Positions 18,544 through 29,234 of a stretch of 64,000 nt of DNA are shown here, piece by piece (within the stretch, counting starts at the first letter, position 1; each line of letters starts with the position of its first letter). Made by a program: the position numbers and the translations under genes. The notes under the pieces were generated by a model. It had not been told where the DNA came from, did no database searches, and saw nothing but the letters and a program-made list of their open reading frames with translations. Source of the DNA: Patescibacteria group bacterium (GTDB lineage: Bacteria; Patescibacteriota; Microgenomatia; UBA10105; UBA927); the NCBI GenBank assembly GCA_023379025.1, contig JAMCTH010000003.1, positions 103,362-167,361 on the forward strand, read 5' to 3'.

Positions 18544-18908
18544 TGAAATTGGCGGCTCCGCGCCCCCACCCCATTGGAGAGAACGAGCAGATAAGCGCGC
18601 ATTCCGATGTGCACTCTATCCAACACCCGAACGTGGTGCGTAGGGCGCTAAAGATAATCTTAGCGCGAAGCGCCACATTATAGAACAGAGTGGCGGCAAT
18701 TCATTTTTCCCCTTTACCCCTTTTTTCTTGCCGCCACTTTCAGGAATTTTTGATGAAATACGTACGAATATAGTTTTGTAGCGCTACAGACAACAATACC
18801 CCCTTCATCCCGGACGAGTTTTTTGCCTTTGCAGGGAGAGACCTTGCAAACCACGTCCGCCCAAATGCAAAGCTAAGCTTTAAAATTTCCGGGGGGGTAA
18901 CAGAAAAA

Positions 18909-18941
18909 TTCATATTGTTTTCATGTTCGACACGGTATACT
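18909..18941 (+). promoter_or_regulatory. OmpR-type tandem box plus -10 for the response regulator
   Basis: TTCAT-N6-TTCAT, 11 nt, TATACT, 7 nt, ATG. Confidence 0.6.
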
Positions 18942-18948
18942 ACCAGCT

Positions 18949-19623
18949 ATGCAGATATTGATCGTCGAAGACGAGGCGAAAATCGCGAACTTCCTGCGGC
19001 GGGGGCTTCTGGAGGAAAGTTACGCCGTGGATATCGCGCGTGACGGTGAGGATGCACTCTACAAATTCGACATCAATGAATATGACCTTGTACTTCTCGA
19101 CATCCTGCTCCCGAAAGTGGATGGTCTGACCGTCTGCCGGACGATCCGCGAAAAAAACACCAGCCTGCCGATCCTGATCCTGGCTGCCCGCGATTCCGTC
19201 GAGGACAAGGTCGCAGGACTTGATGCGGGCGCGGATGATTATGTCACGAAGCCATTTTCCTTTTCCGAGCTGTCCGCCCGGATCAGGGCGCTTCTCCGCC
19301 GCGGAAACAAGGCAGATCCGGTCGTCCTTACGATTGACGACCTGACGCTTGATCCGGCTACGCGAACGGCGCGCCGGGGCAAAAAAGTTATCGCGCTGAC
19401 GGCAAGGGAGTATGCGCTTCTCGAGTATTTTATGCGCCATGTCGGCACCGTACTCACCAAAACCCAGCTCCTCGAACACGTGTGGGACTATAATTACGAC
19501 GGACTTTCAAACATCGTCGAAACCTATGTCAAGTATCTCCGGCAAAAACTGCGTACGGCCCGCCGACAGAAGGAACTCATCCACACCATGCGCGGGTCGG
19601 GATATATCATGCGTGCCGAATAA
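18949..19623 (+). CDS. OmpR-family response regulator
   Basis: VEDE, LLD, GADDYVTKPF, wHTH. Confidence 0.96.
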   Translation: MQILIVEDEAKIANFLRRGLLEESYAVDIARDGEDALYKFDINEYDLVLLDILLPKVDGLTVCRTIREKNTSLPILILAARDSVEDKVAGLDAGADDYVTKPFSFSELSARIRALLRRGNKADPVVLTIDDLTLDPATRTARRGKKVIALTAREYALLEYFMRHVGTVLTKTQLLEHVWDYNYDGLSNIVETYVKYLRQKLRTARRQKELIHTMRGSGYIMRAE

Positions 19624-19625
19624 CC

Positions 19626-20639
19626 ATGGATACAGTCACCCGCTTCAGACTCACCGCACTGTTTTCCGTGCTCTTTTTCCTTTTGTTCTGGATCTTCAGC
19701 ATCTTTGTCTATATCTGGTTCTCCCGTTCGCTCGGGGAAGGGTACATAACCAAAGTCATAGAACGGAACGTCGCTCCGGAGCATATCACCGCGGTCCGGG
19801 TTGCGGGCGGGGTCGCTCTCGACCAGCTCCGCGATATATTGCTCGGAATCAATACGGTCATGGTGTTTCTCATACCGCTCCTCGCATGGATTCTGACGGA
19901 CAGAACGCTCAGGCCCATCGAGCAGGTCAATAACCGTCAACGACAGTTTATTGCTGATGCCTCGCACGAAATGCGCACCCCTCTCTCCATATTGCGCGGC
20001 GAAATGGAAATTGCCCTGAAAAAAGACCGGCCCGTCCATGAATACAGGAAAATCCTGAAGAGTGCCAAAGAAGAGATCGACGGTATGACCCGGCTTGTCA
20101 CGAACCTCCTGTTTCTTGCACGGAATAATGCGGACAGTACGGAAGTCAAACCCGAAGCCGTTGACGTAACGGATCTTCTCAATTCCGTACTCTGGAATCT
20201 CCGCGACAAAACACAAGACAAACAGCTTGCCGTAACGCTCGTACCGGCAAAGGAATCACTGGTCATTCCGGGGCAGATATCGATGCTGACGGTTCTGTTC
20301 ACCAACCTCCTCGATAATGCAATCAAATACACCCCGGACAAAGGAAAAGTCACGGTTCGGCTTGCAGCACTCGGAAAAACCGTGGTCATCAGCATCAGGG
20401 ATACCGGATCCGGCATCGACCCGTTGGATCAGAAACGGATATTTAACCGGTTCTACCGTTCGGACTACTCCCGCGCGCACACAAAAGGGTTCGGCTTGGG
20501 CCTTTCCATCGCCCAGTCGATTGTCACATGGCACCACGGAAAGATTGAAGTATCATCCCGTCCCGGACACGGCACTACGTTCACGGTGTATCTTCCCGGA
20601 ATTACCGGGGGGAGACGCTGGAGCCGTACCCATTCATAA
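19626..20639 (+). CDS. Sensor histidine kinase
   Basis: ASHEMRTP, NLLDNAIKY, DTGSG, GFGLGL. Confidence 0.96.
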   Translation: MDTVTRFRLTALFSVLFFLLFWIFSIFVYIWFSRSLGEGYITKVIERNVAPEHITAVRVAGGVALDQLRDILLGINTVMVFLIPLLAWILTDRTLRPIEQVNNRQRQFIADASHEMRTPLSILRGEMEIALKKDRPVHEYRKILKSAKEEIDGMTRLVTNLLFLARNNADSTEVKPEAVDVTDLLNSVLWNLRDKTQDKQLAVTLVPAKESLVIPGQISMLTVLFTNLLDNAIKYTPDKGKVTVRLAALGKTVVISIRDTGSGIDPLDQKRIFNRFYRSDYSRAHTKGFGLGLSIAQSIVTWHHGKIEVSSRPGHGTTFTVYLPGITGGRRWSRTHS

Positions 20640-20711
20640 TGCCTTCACCTGCCTCTCACGAAAAATCCATATCTCCCGCCCTATACTCGTAACAATCAGA
20701 CACCTGTTCCT

Positions 20712-21851
20712 ATGAAAAAAATTACCTTGGCGGCGCTCATAGTCCTTGTTTTCCTGGCGGGCGTCGGTGCCGCAAGCCTCGTCTATACCGGTTTGGGAGA
20801 TATGCGGCTCGCCGGAAACAGAACGGAGATCATAAATCAGCCGATCACCGACGAGAGTTCCGCGGTAACCAGAGCGGTAAAAACCACACTCCCCTCTGTC
20901 GTCACGGTCGGCATCGACACGACCATCGATAATGCTCCCTCATTTCAGTTTGACCCCTTCAATCCGTTCGGTGCGCCCAATTTCGTTCCCGGCGGCACAA
21001 CACAGGTCAAACAGAATATCGGCAGCGGGTTCATCGTCTCCGCAAACGGACTGATCGTTACCAATAAACACGTAGTATCCGATACAACGGCCGCCTATAA
21101 AGTCATCACCAATGACGGCAAAAAATATACCGTCTCCCATATCTACCGCGACCCTTTAAACGATCTGGCGGTGCTTCAGATTCCCGCTTCCGGTCTCAAA
21201 CCGCTGTCCCTCGGAGATTCTTCGCACCTGGTACTCGGACAGCTCGCCATCGCCATAGGCACTCCGCTCGGACAGTTCCAAAATACGGTAACCGTCGGCG
21301 TTATCTCCGGACTGGGCCGGGGCATCACCGCAGGATCACCGTTTGCCGGCGCGGTCGAACACCTCAATAATGTCATCCAGACCGATGCGGCAATTAACCC
21401 CGGCAACTCCGGAGGCCCGCTCCTTAACGCAGGCGGACAGGCCATAGGAATAAATACCGCAGTCGCCTCTCAGGGACAAAACATCGGCTTTGCCATCCCG
21501 ATCAATGTCGTCAGATCGGTGCTGACCAACTTTAAGAAAAACGGGTCCTCCTTCAGCCAGGCCTATCTCGGAGTCCGCTACAGTACGATTGCCAAAAATC
21601 AGGCTCTCATGAATAATACGGTAGCCGGAGCCTATATTGCCCAGGTTATCGGCGGTTCCCCTGCGGAGAAGGCCGGAATCCGCGTCGGGGATATCATCAC
21701 CGGCGTGGATGGCGCACGCGTTGGAAGCACTCAGACGAACGAACTTTCCCTCCTCATATCAGAGAAAAAGGCAGGCCAGACGGTGCGGCTCACGATCTGG
21801 AGAAATAATACGACCATGACCCTTAACGTCACGCTCGCTACCACGCCATGA
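20712..21851 (+). CDS. htrA: HtrA/DegP-like serine protease with one PDZ domain
   Basis: GSGFI, TNKHV, QTDAAINPGNSGGP, PDZ. Confidence 0.95.
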   Translation: MKKITLAALIVLVFLAGVGAASLVYTGLGDMRLAGNRTEIINQPITDESSAVTRAVKTTLPSVVTVGIDTTIDNAPSFQFDPFNPFGAPNFVPGGTTQVKQNIGSGFIVSANGLIVTNKHVVSDTTAAYKVITNDGKKYTVSHIYRDPLNDLAVLQIPASGLKPLSLGDSSHLVLGQLAIAIGTPLGQFQNTVTVGVISGLGRGITAGSPFAGAVEHLNNVIQTDAAINPGNSGGPLLNAGGQAIGINTAVASQGQNIGFAIPINVVRSVLTNFKKNGSSFSQAYLGVRYSTIAKNQALMNNTVAGAYIAQVIGGSPAEKAGIRVGDIITGVDGARVGSTQTNELSLLISEKKAGQTVRLTIWRNNTTMTLNVTLATTP

Positions 21852-22079
21852 GATCACTCTACACCGTACTGTTTGCTTCTTCCGGATTACCTGCTATCGC
21901 GTTCCGTCAACTGAAACGCTCGGATGGATGGGACGGGGTAACGCCAAGAATTCATCGGAACTTTACTTTCATCTCAGCATCTATTCATGTGCAGGGAGAT
22001 ATAGTACGGGTGTAGTAACAATGAGCGGAAAGGAGGTAACCATGTAGCAACTGCTTTCACGACATCCCAACTTTTTGGT

Positions 22080-22120
22080 AAGTAAAACGGACGGTTTGCC
22101 ATGACCGCCGTTTTACTTTC
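22080..22120. terminator. Bidirectional-type terminator hairpin
   Basis: AGTAAAACGG..CCGTTTTACT stem. Confidence 0.7.
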
Positions 22121-22304
22121 TGGTCAGACAACCGGGGCCGGGCGTAAGCAATGCGTCTGATCCGGATTGTTCAGGACGCACCCTAAAACGAAACGCCCGG
22201 TCGGCAGGGGAAAGCTGCTGTATACCGTACTGGTTGAATACCAATCATCCGGGGAAGTACAATAAACAATTACTGTTCCGTTCTCACCCGGTCTCAAGCA
22301 CGAT

Positions 22305-23246
22305 ATGTTCGCCGCACATACCCGTAGAAAATTTTCCAGAACACCGGGCTGGATTCGGCGTATGGTCATCATGATCCCTCTCGGAGTGGCTCTTCTTTCC
22401 CTTATGGTTATGCATGGAGTCTTTGCAAAACGGCTGACCGGAATGCAGAATCCACTGATGCGTCTCAGGACAGTTTTTCAGATAAAGAAGCCGCCGCAGG
22501 AACTGCGTGCCAAAGTGGAACAAATCATAGGGGGCAAATGGTCTCTGTATTCCGTCTACGTACGGGACCTGACATCGGATTTTTCCATGGGCATCAACGA
22601 ATCGGCAGTATTTACCGCGGCTTCGCTCAATAAAGTGCCGATTCTTGCGGTGGTATACAGCGGAGTAGAGAAAGGGACAATAGATCTCAACCGCACCATT
22701 ACCCTCCAGGAGGAAGACATTCAGGATTACGGCACCGGCTCCATCCGATACGATCCTCCCGGCACGATGTACACCGTCCGCAGCCTTCTTCAGGATATGA
22801 TAGAACAAAGCGACAATACCGCTGCCTATCTCCTGGCACACTATGTCGTCGGTATGGATGCCATCCAGCGGGAAATCGACTCATGGGGGCTTACCCAAAC
22901 ATCCATGGCAGAAAATACCACATCAAACAAGGATATGGCGGTGCTTTTTATGAAGCTCTATAAAGGTGAACTTGCAGACGGCGATGCCACAGAGGAAATG
23001 CTCGGATTTCTCAGGGAAACGGATTTTCACGACCGCCTGCCGGGCCTTTTACCGGACGGGGTAACTGTCTACCATAAAATCGGAACAGCTGTCGGCAGCA
23101 TCCACGATGCCGGAATTGTCGTCCACGGAAATACCCGTTACTATATCGGAGTCCTGACCGGAAATGTTACCGATGAGTCCGATGCCGCACAAACAACTGC
23201 TGCAGTCTCCAAAGCGGTCTATGATTTTATGACGGAAAGCTCGTGA
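22305..23246 (+). CDS. Class A beta-lactamase-like serine hydrolase
   Basis: AASLNK (SxxK), SDN, HKIG, HDAG; N-terminal TM. Confidence 0.88.
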   Translation: MFAAHTRRKFSRTPGWIRRMVIMIPLGVALLSLMVMHGVFAKRLTGMQNPLMRLRTVFQIKKPPQELRAKVEQIIGGKWSLYSVYVRDLTSDFSMGINESAVFTAASLNKVPILAVVYSGVEKGTIDLNRTITLQEEDIQDYGTGSIRYDPPGTMYTVRSLLQDMIEQSDNTAAYLLAHYVVGMDAIQREIDSWGLTQTSMAENTTSNKDMAVLFMKLYKGELADGDATEEMLGFLRETDFHDRLPGLLPDGVTVYHKIGTAVGSIHDAGIVVHGNTRYYIGVLTGNVTDESDAAQTTAAVSKAVYDFMTESS

Positions 23247-23311
23247 CTTCCGGAGAAACGGTAGGGGTACATGCCGGGTATAAACCTAAACAACCTGACA
23301 GGTTGTATTCG

Positions 23312-25711
23312 TTACGATCTGGCAAGAGCTACCTTCAGGACGTGGTCCATGTGCTCCACAAAGTGAAAGGTAAGGTCATTCAGGACATTTTTAGGAATAT
23401 CCTCCAAATCCTTTTTGTTATTCTTCGGAAGTATGAGCGTTTTTATACCTGCACGGTGAGCTGCAATAACCTTTTCCTTGACCCCCCCGATCTCTAGAAC
23501 CCTGCCGCGCAAGGTTATCTCACCCGTCATGGCTACGGTCCTCCGGACCGGAATTTTCGTGAGCGCGGAAACGAGTGCCGTCGCGATAGCCGCCCCTGCC
23601 GACGGTCCGTCCTTGGGAACCGCTCCTTCCGGAACGTGGATATGGATATCGATCTTCTGATAAAATTTTTCGGCAAGCCCCAACACTTTCCAGCGGCTCC
23701 GGATATAAGAAAGCGCCGCCTGTCCGGATTCTTTCATGACGTCACCCAACTGTCCGGTAAGGGTAAGTGTCCCCCGCCCCGGCATAAGCGCAATTTCGAT
23801 GAAGAGTATGTCTCCTCCGGCTTCCGTCCAGGCAAGACCCGTCGACATGCCGATCTCATCTTTTTTCTCCGCAAAATACGACGTAAACTTGTACGGTCCG
23901 AGGTATTTGGGAAGATCCCTCGGTGTCAGGGAAAATAGGTGTTTTTTCAGGCTGTTTCCTTCCGCAAGTTTTTTGGCCACCTTGCGGAACAGGTTCGCGA
24001 TCTCCCGTTCGAGATTACGGACCCCTGCTTCCCGCGTGTAACGCCGGATGATCTCGTACATGGCCTCGTTTGATAATCGGATCGTATCGGTCGGCACCCC
24101 GCTTATTTCCCGCTGTTTCTCAAACAGGTAATCCGTCCCGATATGGAATTTTTCCTCCTCCGTATACCCCGGGAAGTGGATGATTTCGAGCCGGTCACGA
24201 AGGGCAGGCGGGATCGTATCCAGAACATTGCAGGTGGTGATGAAAAATACGCCGGAAAGGTCGAACGGTACCTCGAGATAATGATCCGAAAAGGCATAAT
24301 TCTGCTCCGGATCAAGGGCTTCGAGAAGCGCCGCAGACGGATCCCCGCGGAAGTCCGTCCCGACTTTATCGATCTCATCGAGCATGAATACCGGATTTTT
24401 GGTTCCGGCCTGCTTAATCCCCTGGATGATCCGGCCGGGAAGCGCCCCGACGTACGTCCGCCTGTGTCCGCGGATTTCTGCTTCATCGCGGATGCCCCCC
24501 AACGACATTTTGACGAACTTCCTGCCAAGCGCCCGTGCGATGGACTTCCCTATCGAGGTCTTCCCGACACCGGGCGGACCCACAAAACAGAGGATGGTCG
24601 GCGCGGATTTTGCCGTATGTTCCTTCTTCTCCGTCTTTCCGTCTTTTTTTTCTTCTTCCCGGGCGGCGATTTCCTCCGCATGGGCGCGGAGCTTCATCAC
24701 GGCCAGATACTCGAGTATCCGTTCCTTGATCTTTTTGAGCCCGTAGTGGTCGCGGTCCAATACTTTCTCCGCGTCTTTGAGGTTCACGTTATTCGGACTG
24801 GCAATAGCCCAGGGCAATTCAACCAGCCAGTCGAGATAACTCCGGACGTACGAGGCTTCCGGATTATACTGGGACATCTGGGCAAAACGTGAAAGCTCTT
24901 TCTCCGCTTTTTCCCGGACATCGGGCGGCATGCCGGCCCTTTTGATTTTATCGGCAAGGAGCTTTATATCTTTATTTTCCGTTTCTTCGCCGAGTTCTTT
25001 CTCTATCGTCTTCATCCGTTCGCGCAGCACCTGCTCCCGCACGTTCTTATCGAACTTTTCCTGCGTCTTATTGGCAATCTTTTTTTCCAGTTCGAGAATT
25101 TTCACTTCGCGGGACAGGTGGCTGATCTCCTCGTTCAGCCGCGATTTGACGGAATTTACCTCCAAAAGGTCCTGCCGTTCTCCGGGCTTGATATCGAGGA
25201 CGCCGGCTATCTGAAACGACAGCTGGAGCGTATTGGCGCCGGACATGATGTTCATGAAGGTCAGAAAATCAACCGATTTGCCGAGATTTACGGCGCGCCT
25301 GAGTTCGTTCGTAAGGTGTCTGGTCAGTGCCCGAACCTCATCGGTATCCTCTACATCGTCTTTACGCTCAAGGACACGTGCGACAAAGTACGGTTCGAGG
25401 GATTCATAGTTGATGACGTCCACACGGGTAATTCCCCGGACCAGGGCATTGATTTCCCCCTCGTTTTTCATCATCTGGACTATTTCCCCGATACAACCCA
25501 CGGTATACATATCCGAGGGGGTCGGGTCGTTGATGTTGGGATTCCGCTGCATGACGAGCACAACGCGTTTTCCGTTCGCCTGCGCTGACTCGATCGCCGA
25601 TACCGACCGCTGCCTGCCGAAGGTCAGGATCATCTCCGTACCGGGAAAAACTATCCCGTCACGTATCGGTACGACGGGCAATACATATTCTGCCGGAGTA
25701 TTGTCATTCAT
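23312..25711 (-). CDS. lon: ATP-dependent protease Lon
   Basis: [27 protein letters not shown]. Confidence 0.98.
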   Translation of the reverse strand: MNDNTPAEYVLPVVPIRDGIVFPGTEMILTFGRQRSVSAIESAQANGKRVVLVMQRNPNINDPTPSDMYTVGCIGEIVQMMKNEGEINALVRGITRVDVINYESLEPYFVARVLERKDDVEDTDEVRALTRHLTNELRRAVNLGKSVDFLTFMNIMSGANTLQLSFQIAGVLDIKPGERQDLLEVNSVKSRLNEEISHLSREVKILELEKKIANKTQEKFDKNVREQVLRERMKTIEKELGEETENKDIKLLADKIKRAGMPPDVREKAEKELSRFAQMSQYNPEASYVRSYLDWLVELPWAIASPNNVNLKDAEKVLDRDHYGLKKIKERILEYLAVMKLRAHAEEIAAREEEKKDGKTEKKEHTAKSAPTILCFVGPPGVGKTSIGKSIARALGRKFVKMSLGGIRDEAEIRGHRRTYVGALPGRIIQGIKQAGTKNPVFMLDEIDKVGTDFRGDPSAALLEALDPEQNYAFSDHYLEVPFDLSGVFFITTCNVLDTIPPALRDRLEIIHFPGYTEEEKFHIGTDYLFEKQREISGVPTDTIRLSNEAMYEIIRRYTREAGVRNLEREIANLFRKVAKKLAEGNSLKKHLFSLTPRDLPKYLGPYKFTSYFAEKKDEIGMSTGLAWTEAGGDILFIEIALMPGRGTLTLTGQLGDVMKESGQAALSYIRSRWKVLGLAEKFYQKIDIHIHVPEGAVPKDGPSAGAAIATALVSALTKIPVRRTVAMTGEITLRGRVLEIGGVKEKVIAAHRAGIKTLILPKNNKKDLEDIPKNVLNDLTFHFVEHMDHVLKVALARS

Positions 25712-25777
25712 ATCAGGTATTTGGCACTCAAGTATATCAAGTGCTAAACACAGTGTCAACCATGGACATATGAACCA

Positions 25778-26641
25778 TTAAATAAATTCCGCAAGAAGTG
25801 CATCGAGGTTCGGGACCGTAAGCGGCAACGAGACGAGAGGTCCGCCGGCAAGCGCCGGCTCCCGGTCTTCACTCGTCGGTTTGTCTTCCCGGTAAAAAAT
25901 CCCGACGGGTATTTTGTCCCCCCATTCCATGGCTTTTTCCATGGCATGGAGGCGCGTATCCGGCACGTAACCCGAGCTCTCCAGGGTATACAGCCGCTGC
26001 CGGTACCACATATAGGTGTGGACTTTGTCAAAGGTAACGCAGGGTTGCAGTACATCGACGACGGAAAACCCCTTGTGTTTGATTGCTTCCGCCATGATCT
26101 TTGACAGGCCGGGGATGTCGCCGGCAAATCCCCGTGCCACAAATGTCGCGCCCGCAGTGAGCGCGAGAGTCAGAGGATTTATAGGCTCATCGGTCACTCC
26201 TTCGGGCGTTGACTTCGTCTGAAACCCCGCTTTAGCGGTAGGAGAGGCCTGACCGGTAGTGAGCCCATACACCTGGTTGTCGTGGATAATAACCGTCACA
26301 TCCGGATTGCGTTTTGCCGCATGGATAAAATGATTCCCTCCTTCACCGAGGCAATCCCCGTCCCCGGAAATGACCACCACCGGAAGCGTATGATTGGCGA
26401 GTTTGGCGCCCTGTGCCACCGGAAGGGCCCGGCCATGGAGTCCCGCAAAATCATAGATCCGCATCCAGTCATACATATTGCCGTGACAGCCGATGCCATA
26501 GACCAGCAATCCGTCGTCCGGACCTATGCCGAGCTTGGCGAGTGCGTCCTTGAGGGACATCCAGATTCCGAAATCCCCGCACCCCGGGCACCAGGTCGGC
26601 AGGAAACTTGTCTTAAAAGCATCTGCGGTTAGTGTTGGCAT
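25778..26641 (-). CDS. 2-oxoacid:ferredoxin oxidoreductase beta subunit
   Basis: WCPGCG, GIGC, GDGD, NQVYGLTTGQ, QPC. Confidence 0.95.
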   Translation of the reverse strand: MPTLTADAFKTSFLPTWCPGCGDFGIWMSLKDALAKLGIGPDDGLLVYGIGCHGNMYDWMRIYDFAGLHGRALPVAQGAKLANHTLPVVVISGDGDCLGEGGNHFIHAAKRNPDVTVIIHDNQVYGLTTGQASPTAKAGFQTKSTPEGVTDEPINPLTLALTAGATFVARGFAGDIPGLSKIMAEAIKHKGFSVVDVLQPCVTFDKVHTYMWYRQRLYTLESSGYVPDTRLHAMEKAMEWGDKIPVGIFYREDKPTSEDREPALAGGPLVSLPLTVPNLDALLAEFI

Positions 26642-26716
26642 AAGAATGGCTATTTCGCAATGGCATTACTTCAAACGCCCCGTCTCTAACAAATAACGTG
26701 CATTGCGAAGAACGAA

Positions 26717-28474
26717 CTAACGAAAAATCGTCTTAACTTTCACTTTTTCCAGTATTTCTTCCGGGTAAAACGGACGGCCGTCGAACTTCAGGAGCTTTTC
26801 CTGTATTTCAATGCCTGTCGCTTCACGAAGAAGCGACGCAAATTGGGCCGTAGCATTCTGCTCCACATCTATAATACGCTTTTTCCCGCCGAGGAGTTTT
26901 GCGACTTTTCCGGCCGGGAGCGGATAGACCCAGGTAAAATGCACCATATTTGCCTTTTTGCCGCCGATCGTGTAATCTGCCATCTCCAGCGCCTCAAGAA
27001 CCGGGCCTTTTGTCGATCCCCAGGTGAGGAACGTTATCTCCGCCTTCTCATCCCCGTAGACTACGGGAAGCGGCGCTTCGCGTTCTATAGCGGCCAGTTT
27101 CCGTTTCCGTTTTTCCACCATGGCAATGCGTTTTGCCGGGTCTTCCGTGGCATGCCCCACGTCGTCGTGTTCATAGGAGTTGATGAAATACTGCCCGTGC
27201 TTCGTACCGGGAAACGTGCGGGCGGATACGCCGTCCGGACTATCGGCACGATACCGGGGATACGCCCCTTCCGCAGGAAGCGTTGAAGGGTCCGCGACGT
27301 TCCCGCGGTCGATGACGATATCTCCGGTAAAAACGGACTTGGGGACGCACCACTGACTTTCATTAATATATTTATCCGTCAGGACAAATACCGGGGTCTG
27401 GAATGTATCCGCAAGCTGGAATGCACGAACCGTCTCTTTGTATGCTTCCCCCGCATCGCCGGGAGCCAGAACGATCCGCGCGAATTCCCCGTGTCCCGCG
27501 CGTACGACAAAAAGGAGTTCTCCCTGTTCCGTCCATGTCGGCATCCCGGTCGCGGGGCCCACCCGCATACCCATATCGATGACAAGCGGCGCCTCCACCA
27601 TACCGGCAAGAGACAGGCCTTCCACCATGAGTGCAAATCCTCCGCCGGAGGTCGCCACCATGCTCCGCGCTCCTGCCACTGACGCACCGATGGCCATATT
27701 GATGCCGGCTATTTCGTCTTCAGGCTGTTTGTAGACAATCCCGAGGCTTTTGGCGTGATCGGCAAGAAATGTAATGAGTGAGTTTATAGGGGTCATGGGA
27801 TAGATCGCGGCGAACTTAAGGCCCCCGCGTACCGCACCGACACCGACCGCCTCACTCCCGTTTATCATAAGGAGCGGTTCAGACTTTTCCGCAGGATCGA
27901 GATGACAGACGGATAGCACAGCGGCGTCTTTTTTCACGAGGTCATATCCTGCACGGGCAATTTCGACATTCCCGGTAATCACCGTCCCGCCTTTTTTACT
28001 GAACTGATCAGAGATAACCGTAGAAAGGACGTCAAGCGGTGCTCCGAGTAGCGCGACTGTTGCGCCGAGCGCCACGGTGTTGCGCATGACCGGTTCGGCT
28101 TTTTTTTGGGTTACGATCGTCTTGAACGGTATGGCTACAAGATGCACGGGTTTGGGAAAATCCAATGCCTGCCACTCTTGATCGTTCGGATCGTAAACGA
28201 CAATTGCCCCCTCGGAGAGTTCATCCCTATGGAGCGTCACGGTTTCCGCGTTCAGGGCCACCAGGATATGTACCTCACGGTGCATCGCCTCAAAACGTTT
28301 TGTTGCGATCCTGACGGTAATGAGGTTGTGACCGCCGCGGATAAGGGAAGGGTATTCGTTTGTGGCAAACGTATGATAACCGAGCCGGGAAAAAGCGCGC
28401 GCGAGCATGATCCCTGCAGACATGATGCCGAATCCCGCTTCACCGCCGATTTTCCACGTCACCGTCTCTGCCAT
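26717..28474 (-). CDS. 2-oxoacid:ferredoxin oxidoreductase alpha subunit (gamma-alpha fusion)
   Basis: GGEAGFG, YPMTP, EDEIA, ATSGGG, GPATGMPT. Confidence 0.95.
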   Translation of the reverse strand: MAETVTWKIGGEAGFGIMSAGIMLARAFSRLGYHTFATNEYPSLIRGGHNLITVRIATKRFEAMHREVHILVALNAETVTLHRDELSEGAIVVYDPNDQEWQALDFPKPVHLVAIPFKTIVTQKKAEPVMRNTVALGATVALLGAPLDVLSTVISDQFSKKGGTVITGNVEIARAGYDLVKKDAAVLSVCHLDPAEKSEPLLMINGSEAVGVGAVRGGLKFAAIYPMTPINSLITFLADHAKSLGIVYKQPEDEIAGINMAIGASVAGARSMVATSGGGFALMVEGLSLAGMVEAPLVIDMGMRVGPATGMPTWTEQGELLFVVRAGHGEFARIVLAPGDAGEAYKETVRAFQLADTFQTPVFVLTDKYINESQWCVPKSVFTGDIVIDRGNVADPSTLPAEGAYPRYRADSPDGVSARTFPGTKHGQYFINSYEHDDVGHATEDPAKRIAMVEKRKRKLAAIEREAPLPVVYGDEKAEITFLTWGSTKGPVLEALEMADYTIGGKKANMVHFTWVYPLPAGKVAKLLGGKKRIIDVEQNATAQFASLLREATGIEIQEKLLKFDGRPFYPEEILEKVKVKTIFR

Positions 28475-28555
28475 ATATGTAGGCTATCACACGCTCCGCT
28501 CAGTTTCCGGGAACGTTACCGCACTGAGAAACGGATACGTTCCCTGAAACCTCCG

Positions 28556-28813
28556 TCAGGGAAAAAGCTGTTTACCGGTTTTCTTATCAACGACAAATAT
28601 CGCCATGACCGGACAGCCTTTTGCCGCTTCGATAAGGATCTCATCCGATTCTTCTTCTGCCGTATCAAGGATAATCGCTTTCGCTTCGTCATCAAGCACC
28701 CAGGCTTTCGGAGCGATCGCGACGCAGGTTGCGGCGCCGATACAGAGATCCCTGTCTATCCACATCGTAAGGTTTCTGATTGTCCGCTTTACTTTGGGAT
28801 CGTTTGTATCCAT
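28556..28813 (-). CDS. Monocluster ferredoxin (3Fe-4S-like)
   Basis: CIGAATC..CP. Confidence 0.9.
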   Translation of the reverse strand: MDTNDPKVKRTIRNLTMWIDRDLCIGAATCVAIAPKAWVLDDEAKAIILDTAEEESDEILIEAAKGCPVMAIFVVDKKTGKQLFP

Positions 28814-28818
28814 GTCTT

Positions 28819-29229
28819 TTATGCTACACCAGACCGTTCTGCCGTTTCAAGGGTTTTTTCTTTTAAAACTGCTTTCTGTAACACTTCCAGCGGCAACAGC
28901 GCGCACTTTACCCGGGAGGGAGTCAGCGAGGCGCCGAGCATATCGAAGACATACTGTGGAGACAACCGCAGTACTTCCGAAACAGGCCGGCGTAAGACCC
29001 GTTCCGTCAGCATGGATGCGCTCGCCTGACTTATGGCGCACCCCTCACCGGAGAATCGGATATCGGCAACGATCGGTTCTGTTTTCCCGTCCTGGACCAG
29101 AACTTCAATCCTCATTCTGTCTCCGCAGGTTGCGTTGTACTCCTCTGCGGTATGTGTCGGAGACGGAAGCGCGCCGAAATTTCTCGGGTGTTTATAGTGA
29201 TCGAGTATCGCGTCACGGTAGATATCCAT
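28819..29229 (-). CDS. sufU: SufU/NifU-like Fe-S assembly protein
   Basis: ILDHYKHPRNFG, CGD, GCAISQASAS, RVKCA. Confidence 0.92.
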   Translation of the reverse strand: MDIYRDAILDHYKHPRNFGALPSPTHTAEEYNATCGDRMRIEVLVQDGKTEPIVADIRFSGEGCAISQASASMLTERVLRRPVSEVLRLSPQYVFDMLGASLTPSRVKCALLPLEVLQKAVLKEKTLETAERSGVA

Positions 29230-29234
29230 AGGAT

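Larger units (their letters stand above)
6416..18788. mobile_element. ~12.4 kb genomic island at the tRNA-Glu 3' end
   Basis: GCGCTACA at 6416-6423 (tRNA end) repeated at 18781-18788; AT-richer, all main ORFs on the minus strand, defence-type cargo; no integrase seen. Confidence 0.7.

Noticed and set aside
18443-18676. 77-aa minus-strand ORF at the island end
   Set aside because: Runs through repeat/REP DNA, has atypical composition and no motif.
22042-22047. TAG recoding or alternative genetic code
   Set aside because: TAG, TGA and TAA all end normal genes in the window, and read-through gives only a ~20-aa peptide.
22305-23246. Bona fide antibiotic-resistance beta-lactamase
   Set aside because: Only fold-level motifs; the omega-loop region is atypical and activity cannot be inferred from sequence.
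23312-25711. Lon as BrxL or a defence component
   Set aside because: Canonical housekeeping Lon architecture, outside the island.
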